NCBI GenBank assembly: GCA_044892505.1
Contig: CM097882.1
Location: forward strand, 514,477,449 to 514,540,000
Reading direction: 5' to 3'
Length of the DNA stretch: 62,552 nucleotides
Source of the DNA: Schmidtea nova
Lineage: Eukaryota
A program made the position numbers and the translations under genes. Each line of letters begins with the position of its first letter. The first letter of the stretch is position 1. The notes under the pieces were generated by a model, which was not told where the DNA came from, made no database searches, and was given only the letters and a program-made list of their open reading frames with translations. This document shows, in pieces, positions 25,088-38,585 of this stretch.

Positions 25088-26459
25088 CTTGTCCACCAGC
25101 TTAAACTTGGGTAATTTAAAATTGAACTAATGCTTTTTTATACTTAAAAGGCATTCGACTATACCCCAACGTCATATTTTCTTACCATTATTTATTTTGT
25201 TTTTATATTTTTATTGTTAATTTTTTTAAGTAAAATCGAAATTTTACAATAGAAATTGTGTAATTTTGTTAATGCATTGCTCTCGAAAACTTAAAAATAT
25301 TTTTTTGTGATCAGCTAGGCCGTTCGAGTCAGAATTGATTGTGTAAACTGTATCTGGTCTTGATGAAGATAGTTCATACGAGTAAATGAGAAAAACATGA
25401 TACTGTTTTCCAGGCCCTTGGTATAAAAAGTCTCAAACCTTCAACACGAGATGTTCACATCGTACCGTGCGTAGATGACGGAGATGGTTACTTGAACAAG
25501 TGCAAGATTTGTTTATTTATTTTTATCGATTATATGGTAATTATCAAAGACTTTCAAAACAGCAAGAAATCAAAGCATACAAACGACCCTAAAGCGACTT
25601 GACAATTAAAGAAATCACTCACGTTATTAACTTTCACCGATTATAAATAAAGAATAATTCTTGATTCATGAAAATGTTGTGGTGTTAGTCAATTTCACGG
25701 GTTATGCCTCCATCCTAATTACATTTCTATCAAACTTCCATCATAAAAATTTTTACTTTATTACTCGCATGATTACCCACAGTCACCTCCGTTTACAGTG
25801 TTGGTATTGTATGCAGAGGAATCGTGTTAATATGCAGGTGAACATCGTTGCCACGACTTTTCCCTCATAATCCAATTGTATTCTGTATTCTGATTGGAGT
25901 TAGATATTTGAACAGATCTTAAACGAACAAAATAACCCAACACTTCAAAGAAAAGTAATTTTAAAAATTTGATTTAAAAAACTAAAAACGAGAAGAATTT
26001 CTAATAAATGTCCGCTTAAAACTAGTCACACAGAATCAAAAGAGTTTCAATTATTCAAAAAAACCTAAGGAATTCAAAATATCTAGACAAATCAACATTT
26101 TAGCGAGTTTACTGTATTTTACTTGGTTGCTAAAGGCTCCAAAACCACCGAGAATGACAATTTTACAATCATTTCCTACATTTGTGATTGATGATTTACT
26201 TAACATTATAATGAAAGTTGTATATGCCAAGATAAATATCAGTAATGCAAAGAAACAAATTTTAAAAATAGCACAAGAAATCTCTTTTATCTCTTCTAAA
26301 TAGAAAAAATAAGAAACAATTAAGAAAGATTAAGTATAAACAATATGATGGATTTTTAGCTTCAATGCTGCCTCTTGCATTATCTTTTTTAGATAGAGCA
26401 GATTTATCTGGAAAACTAAGTTCATAAATTTCAAACTTGATTTAATTCAAATTGTCGTA

Positions 26460-26750
26460 ATGGATAAAATTTGGACCAATCCGGAAGACCCAGTATCTTT
26501 TGGCCGAGTCTACAGATTTCAGAAATCAGCCAAGAAATCAAAGAAAGAGACTCAAAATTGGTTGTCGAGTTCGCTTGCATATAGTCTAAACATACTTATG
26601 TTTAAAAGATTTCCAACAAGAACCAATAAATTATTTAGCAATTGACGATTTGTGGCAATCGGATTTGATAAAAATGATTCCATATTCGAGTATCAACAAA
26701 GGTTCCAAGTATATTTTGACATGAATTGACGTATTTTTAATCTACTAATG
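26460..26750 (+). mobile_element. Maverick/Polinton-type retroviral-like integrase remnant (N-terminal part)
   Basis: IWTNPEDPVSFG..NWLSSSLAYSL..KRFPTR, then after a frameshift IDDLWQSDL..INKGSKYILT*IDVF, matching the Polinton integrase N-terminus pattern. Confidence 0.75.
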
Positions 26751-26950
26751 AAATGACTAAAGCAATCAAGACTTTATTTAAAACATTCTAAAAGAAAATC
26801 ATGTTAATCACTATGTAATCAACACTTGTTATTGTTGATTTTTATAGTTTCTTGTTGTTTGAATGCATTATTAAGAAACCGCTCGGAAACAAGGAATGTA
26901 AAAGGATAGAAATTTAATAAATCCATTTAAAACCTCATTACAATATTCAT

Positions 26951-29900
26951 TAGGGTGGTCCTTAGACCAATGGTAATATTTTTTTCTCACAATTGGATGT
27001 CTCCCACCCTTTTAAAATGTTCCATTTGATGCCATAAGATACTGTGCAAATTTTTTTAATGATCAGATAATGTTTAGAGGTCGCCCAACAGCTCACAATT
27101 TATTAAAATGACCAAAAAATTTGACTTGAGCATAGTATAGTATTTTTATTACTAAACTGAAATTGGTAACGTTTTATTATGTTATTAAATGACTAGGAAA
27201 TATGAAACTCCGTAATGTACAGAATCTATTGTTAAGATTTATTTATAGGAATAAATGTTCTAGACTGTCAGTGTCAGTCGGTCCAACCAAAGACGATGTC
27301 CGCACTCCGCATTCCGCAACTAAGTCAATGTAATAACGACTTCTGACAGGTTGCATACTGACGACGATGGTCTGCCACAACTTGCAGCAGAAACTGAAAC
27401 TGGTCCTCATCGTATGTGATACACTTGTTTAGCTCCTGAACAAGGGCAACTCCACGTTCTGCATTATCATTGGTGACTAGTAGCTTAGACACGATCAACA
27501 TGCCATCTGTGTACTCCTGTCGAGTTTCCCAAGTGTCAGGATCGTAATTCAAGAAGTCTTGAGAAATATGGAGCTTATCAAAGAATTCCTGAGATCTGAC
27601 AGTTATGAAATCCTCCAAACTGTAGTTGCATGCACTGCTTGCAGACATTGTGATGCGTTTCAGACCTTTTGGTAGAAGTACTTTGTCGACGGCATCCTTG
27701 CTACAGTATTTCAGTGCTTTCACCATTTGACGTTTTGTATCGACCGGTACATCGGGATCGAAGAAGGCAAGACCCACTAAATCTTCCGACAAATACCAAA
27801 GATGATGCTCAAGTTTTTTGGATGTTGCGATAGAGATTTTCTCATTGTAACGCTTGTAATTGTGCAAATCTTGAAGCAGTTGCAGATCATTTCGAGGCGC
27901 ACTGGAAGCCAGTGGTGCAGTGAACCAGGCCTTGAGGTATATAACCACTGCAAAGATGCACATGTGGAGAAGTCCTTTCTCCTCGAACGATGTGAGCTTG
28001 AATTGTGAGCGAAACATCCACACTTTGAGTGAGTAGATCACTTTCGACATCCATCTCGCATGGTGCATTGCACCAGGTGCCATAAAATGAATCCCACGAT
28101 GGGGTAAGCCACCAAGAAATATGATAGATAATTCAATGAATTCTCTGTAGTCTTCTCGGACGTTGTCACGAAGCAGCTGCCTGTGTGCAAATTCCATTAC
28201 TTCGTTCTTCACCACGTCAGGTATTTCATTCAAATTAGCTCCCGTCTGGTAGTTACTGTGGTCGACGATTGACCACTTTTGTTGAAATCTCTTGAACAGA
28301 AGGACTTCAGGAGCAGATGATGGTGCAAGACTTACTGTAAATGCGGCTCCTGCCAACAGTTCCATAATGTGGTGGCGACAGGCAAAGTGTAGTAAGTCCT
28401 TGCCTAGCTTCTGTTCTATCAGAACACAGGCACCGTTGTGGATACCAGTGTTGGAACTAGTTGTATCAAAGCACAATCCTACCACACGATCCTGCACATT
28501 CCACTCATTCAGTGCCTGGACCACTGCAGATGACTGGTTCTCACCTGTTCCACCAGACATCTTGCTCACCTTCAATAGCTGACACACCCCAAAGCCGGTC
28601 ACAATTATAGGGAGGCGATCAACGTGATCCTTCCCAGTGAGATCGACCATTAGTTTGCCATCCCAATGTACCACCAAAGGAACATCACTAGACAAATCTT
28701 CCTTTAATGCAGCTGCCATTTCAGCTCTGTATTTCTCGCGGTGACGCTTTATAGAACTCCGATTTATATTGAGTTCATCAATATCATGCCCAAGGCTCTG
28801 AGCTGCCGCAGCAATGACAAACGTAGCCTTTCTGTCACTCAACTTGGTACGATCCAAGGCAGCTGCTAACTTTGGGGTAATCACATTTGTTGCTGCTCTG
28901 CTTTTCTTACGGCGAGGTGATGAGAACTCAGCAGGCTTATCTGTGTCCGATTCAGGTTTATTGTCATCTTACTACTGCTGCCAAATCCTGCAACCATTGT
29001 GCTAACGGATGCCTCGCTTTCTGCTCTTTCACGTCTCTTCCTCTCCAAGTTTATTCTGACTGCTTTTCTCTCTTCCTTTTCAGCTAATGCTCTATCAACT
29101 AATCCAAGGTAACCTCGTCGTCCTGGTTCTCGCTGTGCCTGCAGAAATTCTCTATCTTCCTCGATCTTCATAGTCGTTAGGGCGTCGGCATGTGCAATGT
29201 CAAAAAGATTCTTCATTTTGGCGCAAAACTCATCTTCTCTGGCAACATGGAGCTCTGTCTTGCGATCTTTGTGCTTTTTTAGCTGTGTCCAATCTTTGAA
29301 TAGTTGCTCCAGCTTGGTGATTGCATGGTCTTTGCGACATGTCGGTATGCGGGCCTTGTTCCAAATTCCAGTCACCTGTTCGATCACATGTGCTGATGCC
29401 TGTCGTGTCTGCAGACCATGGGTTAGGTGGTGATGGAAAAACAAACCCAATGCTTCACCATTTGATGCAAGTCTGAGAGTAGAAAGCACAGTAGTGGGTT
29501 GACCCAGTAGATAAACTGCAGTTTGACTTCGTGTTGTTATATCAAATTCTTCACTACATCACAACAACAACATATCATACAATACAATATTACACTAACA
29601 CTGGTGTGTCACTGTGTCTACATGTGGAATGTTTACTTTCTGGCCTAAAAAATGGCAAATAGTGCATAATAACTGAATGTTCTGAATGGCAAAGCAGCAG
29701 CTAAAACATACAACACATGAAAAAGTTTACTCACCAAAAAGATGACGCTATTTCATAGAAAACTTAATAAAACTGCAAATTCCTAATCAGACAGTATTAT
29801 TGATCAACAAAGATTATTTATTAGAGGTTAAATTAATTGTTTGGGATCAACTAACTAACAGAACTGACCAAAATAAGTAGTGAGAAAATAAAAAATAGTT

Positions 29901-30074
29901 TCTAGAAGCTCATTTGCAGCGATTTTGATGAATTTCCAATTCCAAAGCTTGGGCGACCTCTAAACATCATCCAAAAATAAAAATAAAATTAGCACAGCAT
30001 CCTGTCATAATAACAAACAATTCTATGAGGTGGGAGCACAGGATTTCAACTTTTCAAAATTAAGGACCACCCTA
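26951..30074 (-). mobile_element. hAT-superfamily DNA transposon (hATm-like), near full length, one frameshift
   Basis: TIRs TAGGGTGGTCCTTA; perfect 8-bp TSD ATATTCAT; transposase ORFs 28881-29489 and 27325-28884 with VHWDGK, CFDTTSSNTG, ACRHH, HHARWM and NDNAERG. Confidence 0.9.
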
Positions 30075-30761
30075 ATATTCATTATAATATTTACTACAAT
30101 AATTACGAACTTTTTTACTGATGAACTGATAAAAAAGTGTCAGAAGTGAGATTTTCTCTGGAAGTTATAAATATGAACCTATCGTACCAGTTACATTAAA
30201 TAAGTCAACACCAATGATCAGCCAAAAATTCAATATTTCGGATGCTTTTGTTCGGCTTGATGCATGAAATCCAATGCATTTAGTAGTCATTCATGATCAT
30301 TTCGATTGTCATAAAATGCTAATTAAAGAAGTTAAAGTTTTTATAGAATCTCCATCAGTTATTATGTCGATTAGAAACTGTAAATTTTCTTCTAGAATCA
30401 GGTGCAAATCCAAATTCTCCATTGTTTTATGCTGTTTCAAGAGGTCACGATCACATGGTAGGATTTCTTTTGAAACATTGAATAACTCCTCTTCATGTTT
30501 CGTGTATATCAAACAACTTCGATAATTTAGCAGCTCTTATTCACTTGATTAAATCAGCACCCGATGTTGTTGATTAGAAATAAACACAGGGTAAATGAAC
30601 TACACGAAGTCAACTGTTTTTGTTAACCATTTTTAAATCTGCAGTTTGAGTGGATGATATACAATTCAATTACCATATCAAGAAAATTAATTATCTCTTA
30701 GGTGAACATAAAATAGACGTTAATTCTGTATGTTTTGTAGACGGTGTATCGATTGTTAATA

Positions 30762-31795
30762 CACCGTGTTTCACTGAAACGTATCACCTATAATAATCAG
30801 TAAGCTTATACTATAGAAAAATACACGCTTACCTGTACCTTATCTATTGCTGTTTTACCCAATCGTATCATTTATAATGTCGTAAACAAAGAGATAGGGA
30901 AAACAGATGTAAACTTTCAAATGCTTTAATTGTTTCATTCTATAATCTCACACAAAATTTAATCATCAAAAACATTGAAAATTAAAATGGCGGATAAAAT
31001 TTCTTTAAATGAATCTGAGGAATCTACCTTAGTTTTCGTGAAAATGATGAAATATCATCGTAAAAAATATAATTTAAATTGTGATAAATATATTTTTTCA
31101 AAGAATTTCAGAAAATTCTTCACTAAACAATTATTACATTTTGCGAAGTTGAGGAATTATTTTTAATTAAAAAAATATTTACAATGTTTTTAGCCTTTCA
31201 GATATTCCATGTACGTCTACCGATTACACAACATTTGATAGCCGAAAAGTCTTTTCGAAAATTTTAATTTGAAATAATCTTTACTTAAAAAATTATTAGA
31301 TTGTGATCAGGATTTCAGATATTGACAAAGCAGGATGATAAATTCCATTTAAAACAATCAAGAAGTTCATTTGGAATATCAAAAAATTCGATCAGAAATA
31401 TAATTTATAAATATAAAAATATGATGATCTGTGACACGGCAGAAAAAGCAATAGGAAGCCTCGAATATTAGTTTTATAAATAAATTTTAATTAAAAAAAT
31501 GATTTTAACTCACTTTTTAAGAAAATAATTCCAGAAGCATAATTTCCTACAAACTAATTAAAAATAAATTTGTAGTAAATAATTAATCTTTTAAAGCTTT
31601 TATAGTGATCTCATGTCATCATGGGATCAAAATAAAAGCCTTAAAAGTTGTCCTAATAAATAAAATCACCTGAAAGCCATTTTCAAATGGCTAATGCCAA
31701 AGAATTTCTAAAAATGAATAATAACCCTGAGTAATAACCCTGGACGCGTCTCACTCACGTGTATTATAGGTGAAAAACGTCAGTGAAACACGGCG
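30762..31795 (+). mobile_element. Tc1-like non-autonomous element, copy 1
   Basis: TIRs CACCGTGTTTCACTGA/TCAGTGAAACACGGCG with TA flanks; internal segments shared with 31862-33168 and 54038-55101. Confidence 0.75.
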
Positions 31796-31861
31796 TAATT
31801 AAACAATTTCAAGTACCTCTTCGAAAGGAATTGATTGATATTCTATTATCTCATTGTATTA

Positions 31862-33168
31862 CACCGTGTTTCACTGGATATGGCGACCTATAATAACCAA
31901 CTAGCTTATATTATAGAAAAATAATGGCTTTCAGGTAATTTTTGTATTTAGGATAACTTTTAAGTCTTTTATTTTGATCTCATAATGATATGAGATCACT
32001 ATAAAAGCTTTAAAAGGTTATCTTTATTCATCAATTTTATTTTTATTTAATTTTTAAATAATTAGTAGAAAATGTTTATGATATTATGGAATTATTAACA
32101 TCAAAGGTAAGTAAAAATTCAATTCTAACTAATATTTATTTGATAAACACATTAATCTCCAGATATTTCAATTTTCCGAAAACATTTAGGAAAAAATCGG
32201 CGAACATGTAAGAAAAAGTTTTCCAAATCTTTATATTCATCTTTGTTTAATTCGTCTTCAAGAGCTGTTTTCACCAAACAAAATCTGTCTTGGAAAGACA
32301 TTGTGGAGAAGCCATTTGATCTTGATATTGTCTTCCTTAAACTGCATTTGATTTTGCTAAATTATTTTTCTTATAGAATTTTTTGATAGGCCAAGTAAGC
32401 TTCCCAAATGGAAGTAATCTTGTTTATTTTCCTTTGCGTTTATGATTCTGGCTTTGTCGATATCTGAAATCCTATAAAAATCAAATAACTTTTTAAATAT
32501 TTATTATTTCATCTTACGATTTGCGAACATTTTTTCGGATATCGAATGAAATGCAGTTGTACGATGTCCCTGGAATATCTGAAAGGCTAAGCCCATAATA
32601 AATATTTTAATAAATAAAAAAGGTGATACCATTTTCCTAATTCATCTTCACGAAATGCCATTGTTTCCAGTGAATTTTCTGAAATTCTGGGAAAGTATAA
32701 AAATTTTATGACTTAATTTACATTACTTACGATGATATTTCATCTTTTTCACGAAATGGTATTGTTTCCAGTGATTTGTCTGAAAAACTGGGAAAATATA
32801 AATTTTTCCATACTTAAATTATAACACTTATGATGATATTTCATCATTTTCGCGGAAACTCAATGTAGATTCATCAGATCCAATTATCGAAATTTTATTT
32901 TCCATTTTAATTTTCAATTTTTCTGCTGATAAAAATTATATATGGTAGCCATATTGAATAAAACAAAACACACCCATGAAAGTTACCATCTGTTTTTTTC
33001 TATGTTTTGTGTTTGTGTGTAATTTTCTTTTTCTTACTCTTTGTCTACGACATAATAAATCGCCATTTTCAGTAAAACAGCAATGAATTAGGTACAGGTA
33101 GGTGTGTATTTTTCTATAATATAAGCTATTTGATTATTATACGTCGCCATATCCAGTGAAACCTGGTG
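31862..33168 (-). mobile_element. Tc1-like non-autonomous element, copy 2, with HTH remnant and internal ~100-bp tandem repeats
   Basis: TIRs CACCGTGTTTCACTGGATATGGCGAC; minus-strand ISDIDKARIINAKEN...LLGLSKNSIRKII resembles a Tc1 N-terminal HTH; repeats at about 32640-32860. Confidence 0.75.
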
Positions 33169-33170
33169 TT

Positions 33171-34450
33171 GCGATTTGTTAGTGAAATTAAGAAGCAATA
33201 CACAAAGACTGGAACGAAAACATCACATCCTTCTTTACAACATTTCGTTTTTATACTCATCTACTGTCTCGACCCTACTGACGAAATGTAAACAACAGGG
33301 CCTTCTTGGTTTTTTGAGTCTCAATATTATGTATGACTGGGGCTATCGATTCCTCTAATCTGTCATCGTCTTCTTCGTGTTTACAGTACACTCTTCGTTC
33401 CAGTCTTTGTGTATTGCTTATTGATTTCACTAACAAATTGCAATTTCTAAATGAATGACCTTCTTTACCGCATATTAAGCATTTATCCTTCAAAGTAAAC
33501 TCAAATCGCATATGGTCCACAACAAAAGCATTGACCAGATTTTAACCTTTCTTCTGCTGGCTCAGGTAGACCACAACATCTATTATAAACTGTCCTTGCG
33601 ATATGTTTCATTGAAACTAATGGTGGTGGTCTACGATCCATAGTTGTCCTCTCATTATATTGTTCTACCACGGGTTTTATTCTATCGATTTGTCTTTCGC
33701 TTCTTTCGTTTCTATTTTGATAACTTATTTCTGGTTGACGACTCGAATACATTCTATTATTAAAAGATGTTTTTTAGTCCATTACTTCTGTTTATCTTGA
33801 GCAACGTTTGCATAAGTTGATTTCACTACTGCCTGAACTTCTTCAAATCTTTCTTTTGCATCGTAGCCTTCTCGTGCCTCGTATACTTTTGCTAAATTTC
33901 TAAGTTCTTCCCTCGTGATATTAGCCTTCTTTCATATATTTTCTTTCAAACGGTCGTTCTGAACTCTGCTGCACAAAATCAGTTCAACAATATTTTCTCT
34001 TGAAATTCCACAGTCAAAAACTTTGTCAACAAGTTTCTTTATTCGTATCTCGAATGTAATAAATCTTTCAACGTTATTTTGTTTTACTGCTGATAAGTCA
34101 CAAGTCTTATCCATAATGAACTTCTTTTTGGTAAATGTTTCATTAAACCATTCATGAGCTTTTTATTCGTTGTGCCAATGCTCTTAAATTCTTTCCAAAG
34201 AATAGATGCCTCTTCAGACAATAATAAATCAAAAATACTTACTAAATTTAGATCATTTAGTAGCATCCAATCTTCAATATCCTTGAGTCATTTCTCTGCT
34301 TCTACCGTGCTTCGGCCGTCGAATCTTCTGACATTAAAATTTAAAATGTCTTTTGCCTGTTTAGGCAAAGATTCCATAATCCTCTTTCTATGCTGATTTC
34401 TTGTAACCAGGTGAATCAACTCGATTTTTTCGTTGTGGTCGCCAGTTACA
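33171..34450 (-). mobile_element. Gypsy gag remnant with PBS
   Basis: PBS TGGCGACCAC at 34444; ATG 34377 MESLPKQ..RRFDG; zinc knuckle CLICGKEGHSFRNC; many stops. Confidence 0.8.
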
Positions 34451-36337
34451 ATCTCTTCATAATTCATAATAACAATTTAACCAATTAAAATATATATTTT
34501 TAAAACAGTGCCAACTTGATAATATTTAAACAAAGTTAATTATTGAACATTACTTTAAATAATAAAGAAAAATAGTTATTAAATATTATACAAATTATTG
34601 AAATAAAAAATATCTATTAGCTACTTTCTTTTAATAAGTAATATAGAGTTGAAAAGTGAGTTGGTGGCATTCATTTCCAATACTTGAATCATCAAAAGAT
34701 AAAAACTTTTGTGGGTAATCATATGTTTGACTTTAACTTTCGAGCGTGCGTACTGCCATAAAACTTACTGCAAAATTATTATTTTTGTAATGAAATGTAT
34801 GTACACGTGCAATTTTAAGAATAACCGTACCTATTCCAGGAACAATGTTTATTGGTTATATGGGTGGGTATTTTTTGTTTTTGTGACACAACATTTGCTC
34901 TGCATCGGGTCATATGTAAATGAATGTGTTTAGAATAAAGTGTACGGCGCCAAACTACTAGTGTAATTATATTGATATTTGCTAGTTTTTTAAATATTTT
35001 TCCTTCTTGTGAATCAAAAAACTATGTATATATAATGTTTTAATAAATTTATATATTTATTAATATTTCTTGTAGATAAGACAAAATGTCACATAATAAA
35101 AAGCCTCCTACGGAAGCAGAACTTGAAAATATTGTTCAGAGTATTGTTGGGCTGGTGAAATCGAAAAAAATAAAACATGTTAAAATTTATCAAAAATTAA
35201 ATATATACAAAAGGGAACAAGTTTAAAAACGCACGATAAATAATTAGCAGTAAAATGACATGAAATATTATAGAACATACGAACCGCATTCCAAAAGTTG
35301 GTTGAGATAAGGTGAAACGTTAGAAAAGTGGCATCTCAAAGGAGAACCCACAATTTGAGTGCAGCTCCGATTTACATACGAAAGACAGCATGAGAAAGGA
35401 ATAGGGAAGATCATTGCTTATATAGGGAAAACGCAAAGCATGATTAAAGGATAAAATTGAAATCAGAATAAAGAAAATAATTTATTAATAATTACAGAAA
35501 AATCCCCATTTAAATATCGTAAAAATAACAGATATATCAATAAAAAAGTGAATTAAATTAAATTTGATTGTTTTAATCAATCAATTAATACACAAAAACG
35601 ATGGATACACACATCATAACACAGAATTAAAAACATATATTTTAAGAAATAAATAAATCGAACTATAAAATTAAATTTACAAAATATAAATAAATACTCA
35701 TTTATTAAAACTAATAAGTAAGTTTAAATCATTATCGGTCAATTCTAAATTAATTTCAATTCTAAGTTATGTAATTGCCTATTAATTTTTATTCGAATTT
35801 TGAAGTTACAGATAAGTTATAGACAGAAGTTATAGACAATTCTAAATTTTTATTAACATTAATATTCTGAAATAGTTATGATATTGATGAATTTTATGGT
35901 TGTTTAAATATTTCAATTTATGATGGAAATTCTTGAATTATTTTTGGATTTTTGAGTTTTTCGAATTGTGTTAAGTACATTTTTAAATAAAATAAACTTT
36001 TCTTCTGCTGGAGTTGTTTGTTGAGATTAGACTTAAATTGGTTATTGTGGAATCTGCGTTAAAAACTTACTAAATGGGTAAAATTGATTGCAATGTTGTA
36101 TTTGTTCCTGGTAATCGCGTAACAATGAAAAACTATCTTATTTGGATGTTTTATGGCTCAATGGGAAGCAATTTATGAAATGAAACCGGTACTGGACGGA
36201 TTGTGACAGTAATTCGTTAGAGTTCAACGTTGAAGAATATATGAAAAAGCCACCGCAAGTTTCATTCGTAGATGTCATGGGAATTCCCTCAATATAAATG
36301 AATCACCACAACGAAATCGTTATCAATCAAATATTTC

Positions 36338-36600
36338 TTTCTTTATCGATATCTCGGCAGTGGAGCTTTTGCAAAGCTTTATCTAGCAAATCACGTCGAA
36401 TGAGAAAAGGTTTTATGCGATTAAAAAATTGAATAAAGAAAAGGTTGTTGCCGATTACCAGTTGAGGAATCATTCATATCTCCTAGATAGCATCGCTCGT
36501 TTCTATGCCGGTCAAATCGTGTTGGAATATTTGCATTGTCTTAAGGTTGTCGATAAGTTTTTGAAACCGAAAAATCACAGAAAATCAAGGAATCCGATAA
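36338..36600 (+). pseudogene. AGC (PKA-like) protein kinase pseudogene fragment with internal deletion
   Basis: YLGSGAFAKLYLANH, FYAIKKLNKEKVV..QL, then directly ARFYAGQIVLEYLH..KFLKPKN; subdomains III-V are missing. Confidence 0.75.
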
Positions 36601-38329
36601 TCGCATTAGTTCTTTCGTTTCTCAACACCATACAAAGTCACAACTGGCCTGGATCTAACAGTTATATTATTATTTAAATAACAACATATGTGAGCGTCAG
36701 TAGATTTAGTATAAATAGACGCTGAGAAATCATAATCTAAACTTACTTGGCATTAATTTGCAGTGAGTAAAATTTTTTATTTCGACAGCCATTCGAGTGC
36801 GTAAGTATGTTTTTGTTTCATTTTATGTGATGATAAAAATTTTCATTTGTAATGTGTATTATTGTAAATCGTGAATAATAAATATTTGATTTCATTGCGT
36901 TTATTTACATTTATTTGCGGTAAACCCTCATGACATCCGGGGTAAAATACATTAAGTGCGCCACGGTGATTGTTGACCCCGAAACTTTTAATAAATTGAT
37001 ATAATTTTTTGAGGATGAATTAAGGTAGATATGTGATAGCAAGGGGTAATAAATAATTAACATATAATCATGTGATAAAACTGAAAAGTAAGCAGAAGCG
37101 TAAGTCCTTCTATCGGACACAGGAACCAGAAAAGGAGGATATAGTGAGGAGTAGTTTCTGCAACGAAGGTCACCTGGTAACTAGATTCTCGCCACCGTGT
37201 AATGTACTAACATAGTTAGTTAGGGAATAACTATGGGTACACGAGTGAGATAGATTAATATTTATGTTGCGGGATAGGTTGTATAAATCCCTAGAAATCG
37301 TTATTAATTTTTATAACAACACCCATACTTCCCAACAGTATTTTTGAAAAAGACGAAAGTGACGATGAAAATGTGGAAAGCGATACTGAGTTTAGTGAAG
37401 AGAATATAGACACAAATGATTTTGACAGTTTATCCATGTAGCCAAATCAATTAAATAATTATTTTAAATACCATAGGTATTTATAATAATAATATCATTA
37501 AACAAAGTTTTGTTTTAATATGTGATATAAATAAAGATTTACAAATTTGAATATTATATTATTTATATTGTATTCTATGGCAAACTCCGAAAAAGACAAT
37601 CCAAACAAAGTATTTCAGATTAAATAAATGAACAAAACGCTCTTTGTGAGATTTTTTATGTTGGAAAAGACAACCAAACCGTATAGATATGGAAAAAAAT
37701 GTTTTAAAAATAAAGAATTAGCGTAGTAGAAGAAGCCATTGGTCTACAGTAATGTGTCAAAGATATCCATAATAAATTATACGAATTTCCGATAATTATC
37801 AACCTCAAATTGTAACATTTACAAATATGTACTGCTCAAATAAGAACTTTTCGTTGAAATTGTTTTTTCTTTAATTTTTCTCTTAATTATGCCACTCTGT
37901 TTGCATAAAATAGTGAATATTTGCTGTAAACTGTGTGAAATGTATGTATAAAATTGACAGTGCGCGTCCACTCGAAGGTGTAAGAAAATAAATAGTAATC
38001 GCATAAAATTAAACTCAATCTTTTGTATAAATATAAGTGGATAAAAATATTGTTAATAATCAAAAATTGAAAAAAATCAAATTAATTTTCAATTTATTTA
38101 GCGAATCATAAGAAAAAGTGCAAAATAGAAATTTCTTGACTTCATTCAAAAAAGAATCATGAAATTGTAGATCTCGATTCAATCAAATCAAGTATTTGAA
38201 AAGCACAGCTGATGAATTCCTGAAATAATTCATAGTTTTGCAGTGTTCTGTAAATATTCTTACTTCGATACGCATGAATTTTGTGTCGGGATCAAGACTC
38301 TGCAAATTAAAATAAATTAATGAATTCTA

Positions 38330-38585
38330 GGAAAAATATCAACTGGGAAAAAATACCAACTATAAAAAATACCAACTATGAAGTATAATTATTGAATACC
38401 TTTCAACACCCCTAACCCTAACCCCTTTCTTTGGGAGGGAACGAGCAACATAAATTGGGATTGATGCAATGAATAAGCAGAATAAAAATAATTATTTTTG
38501 TGAGTATGCGTAACGTCCTTTTAATAATAATACACAGTTGGTATTTTTTATAGTTGGTATTTTTTCAGAGTTGGTATTATTTCCC
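38330..38585. mobile_element. Unclassified MITE with modular TIRs and internal CCCTAA repeats
   Basis: Each end has three AAAAATACCAACT-like units in inverted orientation; CCCTAACCCTAACCC at about 38410. Confidence 0.75.

Noticed and set aside
25340-25520. FN3-like TVSGLDEDSSYE peptide with a nearby GT-AG pair
   Set aside because: Too short, with no supporting flanking exons.
30118-30160. Other CTGATGA motifs (also about 22397 and 38209) as hammerheads
   Set aside because: No properly placed GAAA or stem I partner.
34940-34963. CACTAGTAG... as a CACTA/Chapaev terminus
   Set aside because: Single end only; no partner TIR or transposase.
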